From the human T2T-CHM13v2.0 reference genome, Homo sapiens, in the NCBI RefSeq assembly GCF_009914755.1, contig NC_060928.1: a stretch of DNA of 64,000 bases. One strand, written 5' to 3'. The notes under the pieces were generated by a model. That model was not told the DNA's origin. It was given only the letters and a program-made list of their open reading frames with translations, and searched no databases. Each line of letters opens with the position of its first letter. Position 1 is the stretch's first letter. Positions 25,113 through 37,191 of this stretch are shown here, one piece after another. The translations under genes were made by a program, and so were the position numbers.

Positions 25113-25180
25113 AAATGATATTAATATATTTGCTCAGCCTATCAAAAAGGATAGGCTGAACAGATATATTAATAGCATTT
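25113..25180. repeat. Inverted repeat / hairpin, 31-bp arms, 6-nt loop
   Basis: aaatgatattaatatatttgctcagcctatc-aaaaag-gataggctgaacagatatattaatagcattt; 28 Watson-Crick pairs, 1 G:T pair, 2 mismatches. Confidence 0.95.
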
Positions 25181-26149
25181 ATAATAATAAATATAAAATG
25201 AACAAGTTTTTACTTTCTCTTTAGAGCAGACCAGAACCAAATGTACCTGACTGCTATGCAGATTCAGACTGTAGACTTAAAAATATGAGAGGTTAGGTAT
25301 GCAAATGTGGAACTACAGCATAATCAATCAGCCACCCCCTAAGTGTATTGAATAGTCCTGTGTAATGTAGTCAGCACTGTGTGTAATGCCAAATGATGAC
25401 GCAGTCTCTGACCTTATCTAGAAAGGCAAAGTAGGTGCAGAGGAGACAAATGAGAGGACCAAACACTTTATCATAAAGTTCTAGTTGAAGAAGAGAGACT
25501 ATATAGGCAAGGGAATTTTAGAAGTCAGCTTGGATTAAGAGGAAAGATAATTTGGTTGGAAATCAAGAGACTTTTGTGCTCTATTTCTGGTTTTGACAAT
25601 AAGTAGCTGAGTGAGCCTGAACAGTGAAATTTATCTCTCTGGATCTTTCTCAGTTTCCCATCTATAAAATGAAGGAGTCAGAGATGGTGATCTTTAAGGT
25701 CTTTCCAGAGCTAACATTCTAATATGAAGGGGAAAATCTCTGTGGGCCTAAATCATTGGAGGAGTAGTCTCAGAAACAAGGGGTTAGAAATGACCAGGCA
25801 TCATGAACATGGGGAGTGTGTGTGTGTGTGCATGCACAGTTGGAGGTATGGGGAGGCAGGAGAGGGATTGTTTTTGAGCTCTGCATGATAGAGTACAGCT
25901 CTGTACTCATCTCAGATATGATGACAAAGTCCAGTCACTGTAAACTTCAGCTCCTTGATGTGGAACAACTGCACAGTTAATCAAGCCAAAAAATAAGGAG
26001 TCATTTTTGATTCCTCTTGTTCCAATATATAACCAAATCCAAGTCTATCAAGAATATAGACTCAGATCACTTGACTTCAGGCACCCAATAAATGTTTATT
26101 GGATGAAGGAAAGAATGCTTAAGTAATAAACAGGAATGGAGCCTGGCGA

Positions 26150-26370
26150 TACATCACAGTGGTATCAGGCACCACGGATCAACTATCAGGCAAACCTGAA
26201 TTCAAATTCCAAGTCTGCCACTTTCTTGGCAACCACGTGATCTTGGGCAAGTTGTGTAACCTCTGTAAACCTCAGGTGCAAAATGAGGGGGAATATGGTG
26301 TCAACATCACTAGATTGTGAGGTACATTGCATGAAAAATTATCATTAAACCTCCAAGCTCAGTGTTGCAT
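26150..26370 (+). mobile_element. MIR SINE
   Basis: cctgaattcaaattccaagtctgccactt...gtgatcttgggcaagttgtgtaacctctgtaaacctcag. Confidence 0.75.
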
Positions 26371-26484
26371 GAAATTAACTTCTTGTTTCTTTTAACTCTT
26401 TGCCTATGGCCTCCATTTCTTTAGGACCTGAAAATCTAGCTTTGGTTTGAACAAGACAGGAAAATTGTGTATAATACATAAAGG

Positions 26485-26605
26485 GATTTCCCTCCCTCCC
26501 TTCCTTTCTCTATCCCTTCTTCCTTTCTCTTCCTTCCCCTTTCTCCTCTCATTCTTTCTTATCCCCCCTCTCTGTCCTCCCTCTCTTGTCCTTCCACCTT
26601 TCCAT
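26485..26605. repeat. CT-rich low-complexity tract
   Basis: Near-pure pyrimidine run on the + strand. Confidence 0.85.
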
Positions 26606-26931
26606 ATCTGTTACTTATTTATATATGAATATATTTATATAGGTTTGCATGTATTTACACCCAAGTGCTAATATTATATATTAGATAAATGCAAATGTGA
26701 TATAACTCCTTTTATTGTTATTACAATATCTTTGTGAAAAAAATCATATAGTTAAAATAATATATTGACTATGTTAAATCTGCCCTTCAGATGGATGAAA
26801 TAATTTTGTAATATGTAAGTAATAACCATTTGTATAGTAGTTTGGTTTGTAAATGGAATCCAGTACTTAATTTGGTTTTATTTGGTTTGATGTAACTCTC
26901 ACATTACACACAGAAAAATAAAAGGTTCTGG

Positions 26932-27401
26932 GTAGTGGGTTGAACTGTGTCCCACAAAAAAGATATGTCCAAGTCCTATGCTCTGGTACCTGTGAATGTG
27001 AACTTATCTGGAAATAGGGTCTTCACAGATGTAATTAAGATCTGGAGAAGAGATCCTTCTGGACATACAATGGATCCTAAATCAAATGACTAATATCCTT
27101 ATTAAAGAAAGAAGAGGAAAATTTGGGACATAGAGACACATAGAGAAGAAGGCCCTGTGAAGACAGAGGCAGGGATTGGAGTGATACATTTACCAACCGA
27201 GGGATGCCAAGGACTGCCTGCAGCCGCCAGAAGCCAGGAGAGAGGCATGGACTAGATCCTACCTCAGAGCCTCCAGAGGGAACCAACCCTGCTGACACCT
27301 TGATTTCACACTTATGGCTACCAGTGTCGTAGAGAACAAATTTCTATTGGAAGCCACCGAGTCTGTAGTAATTGGTTACAGCAGTCCTCAGAAATTAATA
27401 C
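26932..27401 (+). mobile_element. MLT1C MaLR LTR
   Basis: gggttgaactgtgtccc...ggaaatagggtctt...gtgaagacagaggcagggattggag...gcctccagagggaaccaaccctgctgacaccttgatttc...gaaattaataca. Confidence 0.9.
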
Positions 27402-27589
27402 ATTCAGTGCATTCACAAAAGTGCAACACGAGAGAACAGAGACTATCCATGAAGCCAGTTATAAGACTCATGGGTTTACAAAGATTCTTCCAGGTTGAAG
27501 CTGATCTTATTCTGATCTTAACAAGTTATGACAAATAAAATCTGCCTTGAAAATGTATTTTGAATTATTTGCACTTCTGGCTTTACAGC

Positions 27590-28065
27590 TGCCACCCTGG
27601 TCCATTCAATTCTCTTTTACTAGAACTCTGAAATAGTCTTCTAACTGGCACCTCCAGTTTCCAAAACTGCCTCCCACCAGTCCATTCTTCACACAGAAGC
27701 AATAATGAATTAATTGTTTTGAACCTTCAGTGGATTATTTTATTCTAAGTGCAGTGAGAATTATTGCATTTAGTATAAAATAGCCTCATGCCTTCAATGG
27801 CTTCTCACTAAAATTTGCAGTAAAATACCCATTCCTTACCGTGACTTCCAAGGCTCTTCATGAACTGGTGGGTGCCTTCTCTCCAAACCATCTGCAGCAT
27901 CCTACTCTTGCTCACTTTGCTTTAGTCTTTCTCAAAAGATTATATACCAAAAGGGAGAAGGAGCTATATCTGTCTTGTTCGTCTTTGTATTCTCAGTGCC
28001 CAGTGAAGTACCTGACACTTAGTAGATACTCACAAGACATTTGCTGATTTGATAGATGAATAAAC
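27590..28065 (+). mobile_element. L2 3' region
   Basis: cttctaactgg...ccagtccattcttcacacag...ccttcaatggcttctc...tgtattctcagtgcc...tagtagatactca. Confidence 0.7.
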
Positions 28066-28374
28066 AGATTGCTTAAGAAGGTCTCCACTTCTTTGTGGAT
28101 CTTCTTTTGATAAGGCCCTAGGGTTTTTTAGATAGGGGTGCATTTGTTTCAGATAATATTTTTTTGCTAGGATACATGTATTGTCTACAGATTGTCATTG
28201 CAGTGGATTTTGTACTTGAATAACTAGCCTAGGAATTGAGCCAATGGAATGGTAATGATAATATTGCTCATTAAAGAGGGAATTGATAAATCTTCCCATT
28301 TCTTCAAAAGCTGTGCCTTTTAATTTCTCATCAGTCTTGTCCTTGTTTTATGAATTTTCCAGGCCTCACCCAAA

Positions 28375-28810
28375 TTCTCCTTTTATGCTTTGCTGGTTGC
28401 CCCTGGGGGCTGAGCCTCATGGGAGATCCACCCCAGCTCCCTTGTCAGCTAGTTTCTGTTCTCCTTGGCCAATGGGAGGTGCTGGTAGGACACTGGACAT
28501 CTGGAGGAGAGAGAGAGAGGTCACGGTTTTTCTTCCCTTCTACCTCCACACTGTGGACACATTTTCTGGCAGTGGCCACGTTCCTCCAGAACTACAGCTC
28601 CTGTCATTTTGCTCCTTCTCCATGTTTCCAGAGCTCACTGGGAACACTATTTCTTCTCTTTGCCCTTTCAGGAACAAACAATAGGCAGTAACAACTTCCT
28701 GCTGTTGCTGGTGTCTAAGGGAACCAAGAATCATTCATTGTTGGTTCCCTTAACTCGGCCAAACCTTTGTAAATGGTTCATTCATGAAAATCTCCATCTG
28801 TGTTGGACTC
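28375..28810 (+). mobile_element. LTR33-like ERVL LTR
   Basis: ttggccaatgggaggtgctgg...gagagagaggtcacggtttttcttccc...aacaacttcctgctgttgctg...ttggttcccttaac...cctttgtaaat. Confidence 0.65.
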
Positions 28811-28975
28811 TGTTTTCCACTGAAATTTTTACTTTAGCACCATACCAACTAATACGGCAGAAGGATAAGGGTCTAGAGTTCGACAATATCTAATCTTTTT
28901 GGTTCACGACCAGTGTGTAGCTCTAATTTTTTTCTAACTGATGAAACTTCATTTTCACCTCCTTTTTACCTTCAG

Positions 28976-28981
28976 GCTAAG
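28976..28981 (+). other. Candidate 6-nt microexon GCTAAG
   Basis: Branch-like CTAAC at 28934-28938, long pyrimidine tract ending ttcag (28975), then GCTAAG|gtaaga. Confidence 0.3.
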
Positions 28982-29101
28982 GTAAGAGAAGGTGCTCTTT
29001 GTCTGCCACTCAGGCCAATATCAAGTCTAATTAATTGAATAGACCTAACTTCCTTGTTCTAAACAGAGCCCAGAATCAGCTTCACAAGTTACCTTCATGT
29101 A

Positions 29102-29445
29102 CTGTGGCAGAAAATGTTAATGCTTACTCAGCCTCCATGTGTTCCAGTTAGGTTGGGGCCTTTTGACCATCTTCTGGCCCAGGTGAGGTTAAAGTCATTG
29201 ATGCCAATCTCAGGGATGGCCTCTTAAAACATCTCCTGTTGTCCTACCACTTATGCTTCCTTGGCCATAGTGACCTTGGAAGCCAAGTGTACAGATGGTC
29301 CAGTTATTATACAAGCCTCAGAAGGGGCTGCTTAACATGCTTCTGATTTTGCACAACTAGAAAACACACCTTTACTGTGTTAGTCACTGAGATTTGGGGT
29401 CATAATTGTAACTTCAGCCCTGCCTAGCCTAGCCTGATTAATATA
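29102..29445 (+). mobile_element. Old MLT1 (J/K-like) LTR
   Basis: tgtggcaga...agttaggttggggcc...gtgaccttggaagcca...actgtgttagtcactgagatttgggg...tagcctagcctgattaata. Confidence 0.65.
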
Positions 29446-29593
29446 TGTACCAAATAGACTTACTTATTCCTGATATTATAAAACATTTTTGGTCTAAATC
29501 CTCACTTAAAAAAATCACTCAACCTATTACCCCACTCTGTGACACCAGGGCCATAATAGAAATCATTAGTCAACAAGGACACTCTTTCTAGTT

Positions 29594-29914
29594 GCCTTAG
29601 TCTGTTAGGGCTGCTGTAACAAAATACCATACTCTGAGTAGCTCATAAACAACAGAAATTCATTTCTCATAGTTCTAGAGGGTGGGAAGTCCAAGATCAA
29701 GGTGCTGGCAGATTCTGTGTCCTGTGAGGACTCTCTTTGTGGTTCCTAGTGTTTTCTTGTTTTGTCCTCACATGGTAGAAGGGGCAAGGCAGCTCTTCGG
29801 GGTCTTTTTCAGAAGGACACTAATCCTATCCCAGGCCCCAGCTCCTAATACTCTCACATTGGTGATTAGGTTTCAATTATGCATTTTGGGGAGACACAAC
29901 ATTCACACCATCAC
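29594..29914 (-). mobile_element. MLT1A0-type MaLR LTR
   Basis: cttagtctgttagggctgctgtaacaaaatacc...gggaagtccaagatcaaggtgctggcagattc...ttggggagacacaacattca. Confidence 0.85.
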
Positions 29915-30833
29915 ACCAGGTGAGCTCAGAACAGTTTCTGAATCATTCTCCACACAGGCCCCCAAGCACCCGCTGCCAACAGGTAGATGAAACCTACTTC
30001 TAGTTCGTGTTCTTTGTGGTGAGGTTTAGTTGTTGCTCCATTACAACCACCTGCTCTATTGTAATTTTGCATTATTTTGTTATTCGTTTTCATAACGTAA
30101 AATAAGTGATCTTTTCAATATCAGTTGATTTCTATTTTCAATTCAAGAGTTGTTGGTAAATTTTTATGTTATCTTTTTAATATTCACAAATTGTTCCTTC
30201 ACTCTAGAATCAAATGGCATACCACAGAGAGATGACCTTTACAAAGGTTGGTAATAACCTACTTAACAATATATACCTTAGAAATACATTTGTGTTTTAG
30301 TTCAGATTCCAGTCCCTGATATAAATCTGCATATGGACAGTGTTTTGTTTCTTCACTTATGGAATTCTATGGTCCTAATAGAAAAATGACTCAAAATTAA
30401 AATCTGTGACTTTTGGTTCACAAAAATCTCTTGACATCACCTAGAGCTGCTGAATGCAAGACAGAAGGAAGTGAGTAAAAACTCTGAAAGGACCGCAAAA
30501 TACAAATGCTCCTTAAGTTGAAGTTTTTTTCCTTGAACTCAATAAAGGACTAGGAGGGGATTCTTGTTATTTAACTATGTCAAGAACTATTTTACGCCAA
30601 CCTGTCCCTAGAATATGTTTTCGAAAATGGATCCACTTTTATAACAGAAACCTTAAAGGATTCTCCTATTATCTGTTATTCCTCATTTCCTTTTTTTGTA
30701 TTAAGGCAAAGGAGAAATTGGCTGAGATTAGGGTTATCATGATCAACAGAATCTTTATAGCAGATACTGACATATTAATAATTTAATGAGGTACAACTTG
30801 CTTGTATTATAAACAGAAGCCATTATTATCTTC

Positions 30834-31105
30834 TTTTTTTTTTTTTTTTGGAGACAGGGTCGCACTTTGTTTCCCAGGTTGGAGTGCAGTGGCGTGATCT
30901 CGCCTCACTGCAACCTCTGCCTCCTGGGTTCAAGATATTCTCCTGCCTCAGTCTCCTGACTACAGGTGTGCACCACCACCCCTGGCTAGTTTTTGTATTT
31001 TTTGGTAGAGACAGGGTTTCACCATGTTGGCCAGGCTGGTCTCGAACTCCAGACCTCAAGTGATCCATATGCCTCGGCCTCCCAAAGTGCTGGGATTACA
31101 GGCGT
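30834..31105 (-). mobile_element. AluS, slightly 5'-truncated
   Basis: Poly(T), gagacagggtc...ggagtgcagtggcgtgatctc...ctcaagtgatcc...cccaaagtgctgggattacaggcgt. Confidence 0.93.
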
Positions 31106-32189
31106 ATTGTCTTAAATATTCAAGGTTTCCTTGGAATTTTCGAGTCTGTCTATTAAGTTTCCACAAAATGACTGTGCATTCTGGTCATTCAAGATTCCAG
31201 CCTTTGAAGGAATTTCTTACAAACATGTAGCCTGTTTTAAAGAATGATCGCTTGAACCACTCTGTGTGAGTTTGGGAATGAAGACTAGGCTATCTTGGAT
31301 AATCTTCAGACATCAAAAAACAAAATCAAAGCAACTATATTTGATTATCTTGTCACTCAAGAGTTCTCATTCAGACATTCCCTTTGAACCACTTTCTCTT
31401 CATCACAAATCTGAGTTGGGATCCTGCCCATCTATAGATTCTGATCATCCTTGTCATCTGATATTACTGATTACTTTGCTTTCTGTAGTAATTTTCTCCC
31501 AGATTTCTTCCCATTTGATGTCTGCACCCACCCAATCTTTATCTCCTCAGCCACAGCCAGATCTGTGCCTCTGGCTACCTCCTTATTGAGCTTTCCCAAT
31601 TCTCAAACAGAATAGACTGGGAATCCACACATTCTGTTTGAAAAAAAAAGACCATAGTACCTGATCAGATCTAGAAAGTAGTAAGAGTTAAGTATAGAAT
31701 CACATAATTCTACGTCCCTAACAGCAAAAATGTGGGCTTCACTGACCCTGGGTGTGAGGTCTAATTTCACAATAACTATTCATCCTGGAAAGAAGGAGTA
31801 AGGATGAGCTATTAAATGTAAAGATCTAATTGCTTAACCTTCCTAACTGGCTTCTCCATCCTTGATCTATGATGCACACGGCTATTAAAAGTAATTTCTC
31901 CATGTTCAGGAATTTCTTATCATTCTTTATTTAGGAACTCCATAGTCATTTGCATATAGGGAAGGCTGGCCTGGAAGCAATATTTTATTAACATTTGAGA
32001 AGAACTCAAATATCATGTCCAGAAAATAATAACATATTTATCCTAGCCTTAATATGGCTTTTCCAGTAAGATCCATGTGACTTGTCTCTGTGTGCCAAGG
32101 CTTGTATGTTTATCCCTCAGGGGTTTGGAACAAATGTTACAGACTTCTGATTGCTAGAGTGATACAGAGATTATGAGGACACATAGCCA

Positions 32190-32420
32190 TAAAAGTAAAC
32201 AGCCTGAGTTTTAAGCCTGTCATCATCATTTTACTCCCTTACCCTATGACCTTAGACAAGTTTCGGAATATCGAGGCCTTAATTTTCTCACTTATAATAT
32301 GGAAGATAACAGTGGTTCTATTCCTTAGGATTATCATGAGGATGAAACAAAATAACTTGTGTGATGCACTTAGAACCATGCCTGATACAAAGTGGGCATT
32401 AATGAAGGCTAGCTATTATT
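32190..32420 (+). mobile_element. MIR SINE
   Basis: tgaccttagacaagtt...attatcatgaggatgaaac...cacttagaaccatgcctgatac...gctagctattatt. Confidence 0.7.
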
Positions 32421-34088
32421 GGTAGAAGTAAGGAGAGCTGAACTTTCTTGAAATAGACCAGTAGACGCCTGATGCCTCCAGGTCGAATATCCAGATCTTA
32501 CAAGCCACAAATGCTCAACTTTAACAAATTAAAACAGCTGTCTAATTGCTCTTGGAGACATTGGAGAAATGGAGGCAGTCATTACCAGCTAGATGTTTCC
32601 TCTTTTTTAAGAAGCAGAAAAACTAGAAACCAGTGACTCAAAATCATTAACAATGTAAGACAACAAGTTAGTATTTGGGAAATGATAGATTTGTCACCTA
32701 AGAAAACCATTCTACATCTTCCTGGGGTGTTACAAGGAGGAGGGAATACTCGCCTGACTATTTACCCATTGTTTCCACCATTTATGCATGTTTCGTCTGT
32801 GATCTGTACTTCAAACTTCTCAAATCCTTCCATGTTGTACAGTCTAGAAGTAAATTACTTATTCACGCAGAATGAAATGGAAAAATGGATCAATGAATTT
32901 CACGTGTGGGAATGTTTCTTGGAGCATCTCTCCAGTGCTTTGCTTATTTTTACCTATCATATTAAAATGGTGCCTCATATTAAGCTTCTATTCTCTATGA
33001 TGCTTATATTTATTTCCTCTCCATTGATAATTGTTTACTCCTCAGATCCCGCTTACAAGGATAGCACTTGCTTTCTCAATCTGCTTTCCTGGAGTGAGAT
33101 GGATTAGTGAAAAGAACGTAAATGTTAAAGACTAGCAAACCTGGGTCTAATGTCTGGTCGGCCTACACGAGCTGTGTGACTTTGACAAATAACACATAAT
33201 AACTTCTTGAAGTATCAGTGTACTCACATATGAATAGAGGCACTTCATAAATAGTTAACAATTCATAAAATTGTTATGGGAAATTAGATATCATATGCAT
33301 GATGTATAATATAAATAATTGTTGCTCAAGAAATGATCATTTTCTTCTCCTCTTTTTTTCATTTTGAACAGCATTCTCCTGACCTCTGACTACTTCTAGA
33401 GCCCAGATTACAGCAGAGAATCCCTCTTACGTTAATCTGTCCTTCCTGCCATCCCTGGTGGATGAACTAGAGATAATAGAAGGACAATTAGAAACAGAGT
33501 AACTGCTGATAAACCCCATTCCCTCCCATCCTGTATCTAATTCTGCATTCCAGTGACATTACATGGGATGTGACCAATCCCTGGAATCCCACTCTGGCTG
33601 CCATTCATTTACAATTCTGCGGTGTGTAGCACATGTAAGTTTATCCAAATAGGAGCACATGCAACTATGTCATGTATGGAGGCTTAATTCAAAGGAAAGG
33701 AAGATACATCTCTCCTGCCATCCAGTCACAAGGTAGCTGAAAGACCAAGGCTCACACACAGAAGATGACTGAAGAACTTTTATACAGCACCAGACAAATA
33801 AGGATAAATTACTTAATACAAATCAAATGGTGCATAAGTGCTTTAAGGTATTTAGGGTAGGAGAGATTAGCATCGATTCAGTGACATTTATTGAGCAGTT
33901 TTTCTGTCATAGGCACTGTGCTTGGAGCAGGAGATTAAAACAAAAATGAATATGACATGGTCCATGTCCATGCACTCACGAAGCTCTTCCTCTGATGAGA
34001 GAGGCAGGCATATAACCAAATAGACACAGGGCACAATGAGGACCACTTATACAATGCACAGAAAAAAAAGAGAAAATTGGTCTTTGAG

Positions 34089-34221
34089 TTATTATTGTTT
34101 TTTTAGAGAGGGGTTTTCACTATGCTATGCATGCTGATCTCCAACTCCCGGGCTTAAGTAAGCCACCTGCCTCAGCCTCCCAAAGCACTGGGATTACAGG
34201 CATGACTCACCATGCCTGGCT
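34089..34221 (-). mobile_element. Free left Alu monomer (FLAM_C-like) with TSD
   Basis: Single monomer; TSD gtctttgag(t/c)tatt at 34080 and 34224. Confidence 0.85.
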
Positions 34222-35099
34222 TAGTCTTTGAGCTATTGTTAAAAGGACAGTAGGATTTGGTTAGGCTAAAGATTGCAAGTTCTAACTCCTAGACCAGTCA
34301 GGAACATAATGTAAATTAATTTTTTTTAAAAAAATAATAGAACAGCCATTCAGTGTCACACATTTACTGTTGGCACTTTGTTTGAGTTAACTCATTTAAT
34401 TTTTGCTTCTATTATTGCTCTTACTATTGTTATCTCTATTTCACTTTTGAAGAAACTGAGGCACAAAGCGAGTCAGCAGTTAGTCTAAGGTTACACCCCT
34501 GATATAGCATGGTTAGAACACAAACCCATGCCATCTGGGTCTGATGCCCGTGGTATTCACTATACTTGGTGCCTTTCTATAAAAAAATACGATGGCATAA
34601 GTGATATGATCAATGGCGACCGATACTCAGCCTCAGTATTCAAGAGACAATAGGGAATGATGGAGATCCCAACCAATTATTGTTTTCAGAAATGATAGCT
34701 AGATAATCCTCTTGTTTTCCTAGAGGAGCCAGAAATCAAGCTTCTCTCACCCCCATTAAATATCTACATTTTTAAATGTTGAAAAATAACTTTAAAATTA
34801 AATCCTGTGTGGATCAAACAAAACATGATAATAAACTGCCTATGGCACACAAGCCACCAGGTGATGCCTCTGGATTAGGCAGAGGAAGAAGGCAGGGAGG
34901 ATAATTATATGCAAAGGGGGCAAGTAATGCAAAGGCCCGGGAGGGATGATGAGCAGTATGGAGTGACTAGAACACCAAGAATTAATGAGACTGGCAAGGC
35001 CTTGGAACACCATAGTAAGAAGTTTACATTTTCCTCAGTTTGCAAAAGGAAGCAGTGCAGAATTTTGTCCCCGTTGCATTGTTCAAGGTGGATTAATCA

Positions 35100-35620
35100 A
35101 AGCAGACGTGACTGCACACTTCTCTAACTTTGTTTCTCCCTTAGCTTCCCCTGGCACCAAATGCTCCAATCATCCAAACAGTTTTCAGTTCCCTGAACAC
35201 ACTGACTGGTGGACACACCAGTAGGGCCCACACTTCCCTATCCTGGTTCACTTATGCCTGAAATATTCTCTATCCAGCTGGAGAACAAATACTCGTCTAT
35301 TTAACTCAAAGGAGCTAACTCTTTCTGAAGTTTTTCCTGATTCTCCCAACCTCTCCCACTGCCTGCTTCCTGACTCAACACGTACAGAATTGGCCACTCT
35401 CTCTTTCATACCTCTACTGCGTGCTTATCATGGCACCTGAAACACTTTATTGTACTAATTTCCTTGTAGGTCTATGTCCCTTACTAAACTGTGAACTCTT
35501 TAGGCCAAGGAATATCTTATTATTATCTGTATGTCTAGAGTATAGCACAATGTTGCATACATAGCAGACACTAAAATATTTGATGAATGAGTGAATGAAT
35601 GAGTGAATAGATGGATAAAT
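35100..35620 (+). mobile_element. L2 3' region
   Basis: cagttccctgaacacac...actgtgaactctttaggccaagg...atagcagacactaaaatatttgatgaatgagtgaatgaatga. Confidence 0.75.
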
Positions 35621-35821
35621 ACTTTCTGAGACTGTAGAGTATGAACTGGGGTTTGAACATACTGAATGTTCTGAATATATCATCTCTTAAATATTTTGTC
35701 TGTTGATCTAAGATGTTTTGGTTATTTTAAATTAGTTTTGGGGTTCAAGCAGTTCCTTTCTGTATCTCTTCCAAAATATCAACAAATCCAACAAAACAAT
35801 CTTTTTTGAAGTTGCCTATAT

Positions 35822-36335
35822 CATATAACTATTGCTGTACAACAAAGCATTCCAACTTTCAATGCTTAAAACAACAGGTGATTATTATTGCTCATGGTCT
35901 ATGGGTCTGCTGTGTTGTTCCTTGATTTGGGCTGGGCTGAACAGATCTCATTTAGATTCACTCAGGTTTTCTACGGTTAGCCAGTAGGTTCACTGGTCTA
36001 AGATGTCCTCACTCACATGACAGTCTGTTGGCTAGAATGATAGAAACGATTGGACTATGTATCTATCATGATCCAGCAGGCTAGCTCAGGCTGTCCATAT
36101 GAGAATGACAGGGTTTCCTGAGAGTGAGAAGTACACAAGTCCTAGGCTAAGAATGAGCACACCACCATTTCTGTCGCGTTCTGTTTTCCAAAGCAAGGCA
36201 CAAGGCCACCCCAGATTCATGGATTGGTGCAATAGATTCCACTTATTAATGAAAGAGAATGTAAAATCAAATTGCAGAGGGAGTATATCCAGAAAAGTGT
36301 GAACATTGGGGCCATTTCTGAAATTCATCTATCTC
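35822..36335 (-). mobile_element. MLT1F/G-like MaLR LTR
   Basis: ctattgctgtacaacaaa...cttaaaacaac...ccagcaggctagctcaggc...caaagcaaggcacaaggcc.ccagattca...tggggccattt. Confidence 0.75.
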
Positions 36336-36793
36336 GGCGCCAGATCCTCCTGCTCCGATTATCTTTGTGTTCTCCACCACACTCACAATTCTGTTGCTCC
36401 AAATGCAAATGATAGATTATGATTACCTCTGTCAATGACCTTGAATTCCTCAGAAAGAACATCGTTCATTCATTGATTCATTAAACAAATAATAGTTTAA
36501 GACCAACTCTGCCTCAGACACTGTGTAAGATACTAGGAATAGAGAACTAAATACAACAAAGTCCAGGAAATATAGAAGCTAGAGTCTAGTGTGGGAGAGA
36601 AATGTGCAATAGAAAAATCATAGTCCCAGAGTGTAACAATAGAAGAGGCCTGAAGTCCAGATGAGGGAGCAATTACCTCTATGGGGTAGAGGGTAATTAG
36701 CAGAGCCAGGTAATAAAAGGCTTCTTGGAGAAATAGATGACTAGACTCTTATCCAGTTATACAACTATTTATAGTGTGTCTAGATTCCTCTGG

Positions 36794-37191
36794 TGATATG
36801 GTTTGGCTGTGTCCCACCCATATCTCATCTTGAATTGTAGCTCCCATAATTCCCATGTGTTGTGGGAGGGGTCCCGGTGGGAGACACTTGAATCATGGGG
36901 GCGGTTTCTCCCATGGTAGGATTTCCCCCATGGTAGAGGGTTTACACCCTCATGGTAGTGAATAAGTCTCACGAGATCTGATGGTTTTATAAGGGGAAAC
37001 CCCTTTCATTTGATTAATTCTATCTAATTCTAGCTTGCCTGTTGCCATGTAAGATGTGCCTTTCACTTTCCATCATGATTGTGAGGCCTCCCCAGCCACG
37101 TGGAACTGTGAGTCCATTAAACTTCTTTTTCTTTATAAATTACCCAGTCTCGGGTATGTCTTTATCAGCAGCGTGAAAATGGACTAATACA
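36794..37191 (+). mobile_element. THE1C-type MaLR solo LTR, TSD TCTGG
   Basis: tgatatggtttggctgtgtccc ... cagcagcgtgaaaatggactaataca; TCTGG at 36789-36793 and 37192-37196. Confidence 0.93.

Noticed and set aside
28283-28893. Overlapping 94-133 aa ORFs
   Set aside because: They lie within an LTR33-like element and have no protein-like features
32682-33107. 141-aa ORF (also the 126-137 aa ORFs at 44508 and 52475)
   Set aside because: F/L/I/S-rich composition typical of T-rich non-coding DNA; no motif and no supporting splice or Kozak context
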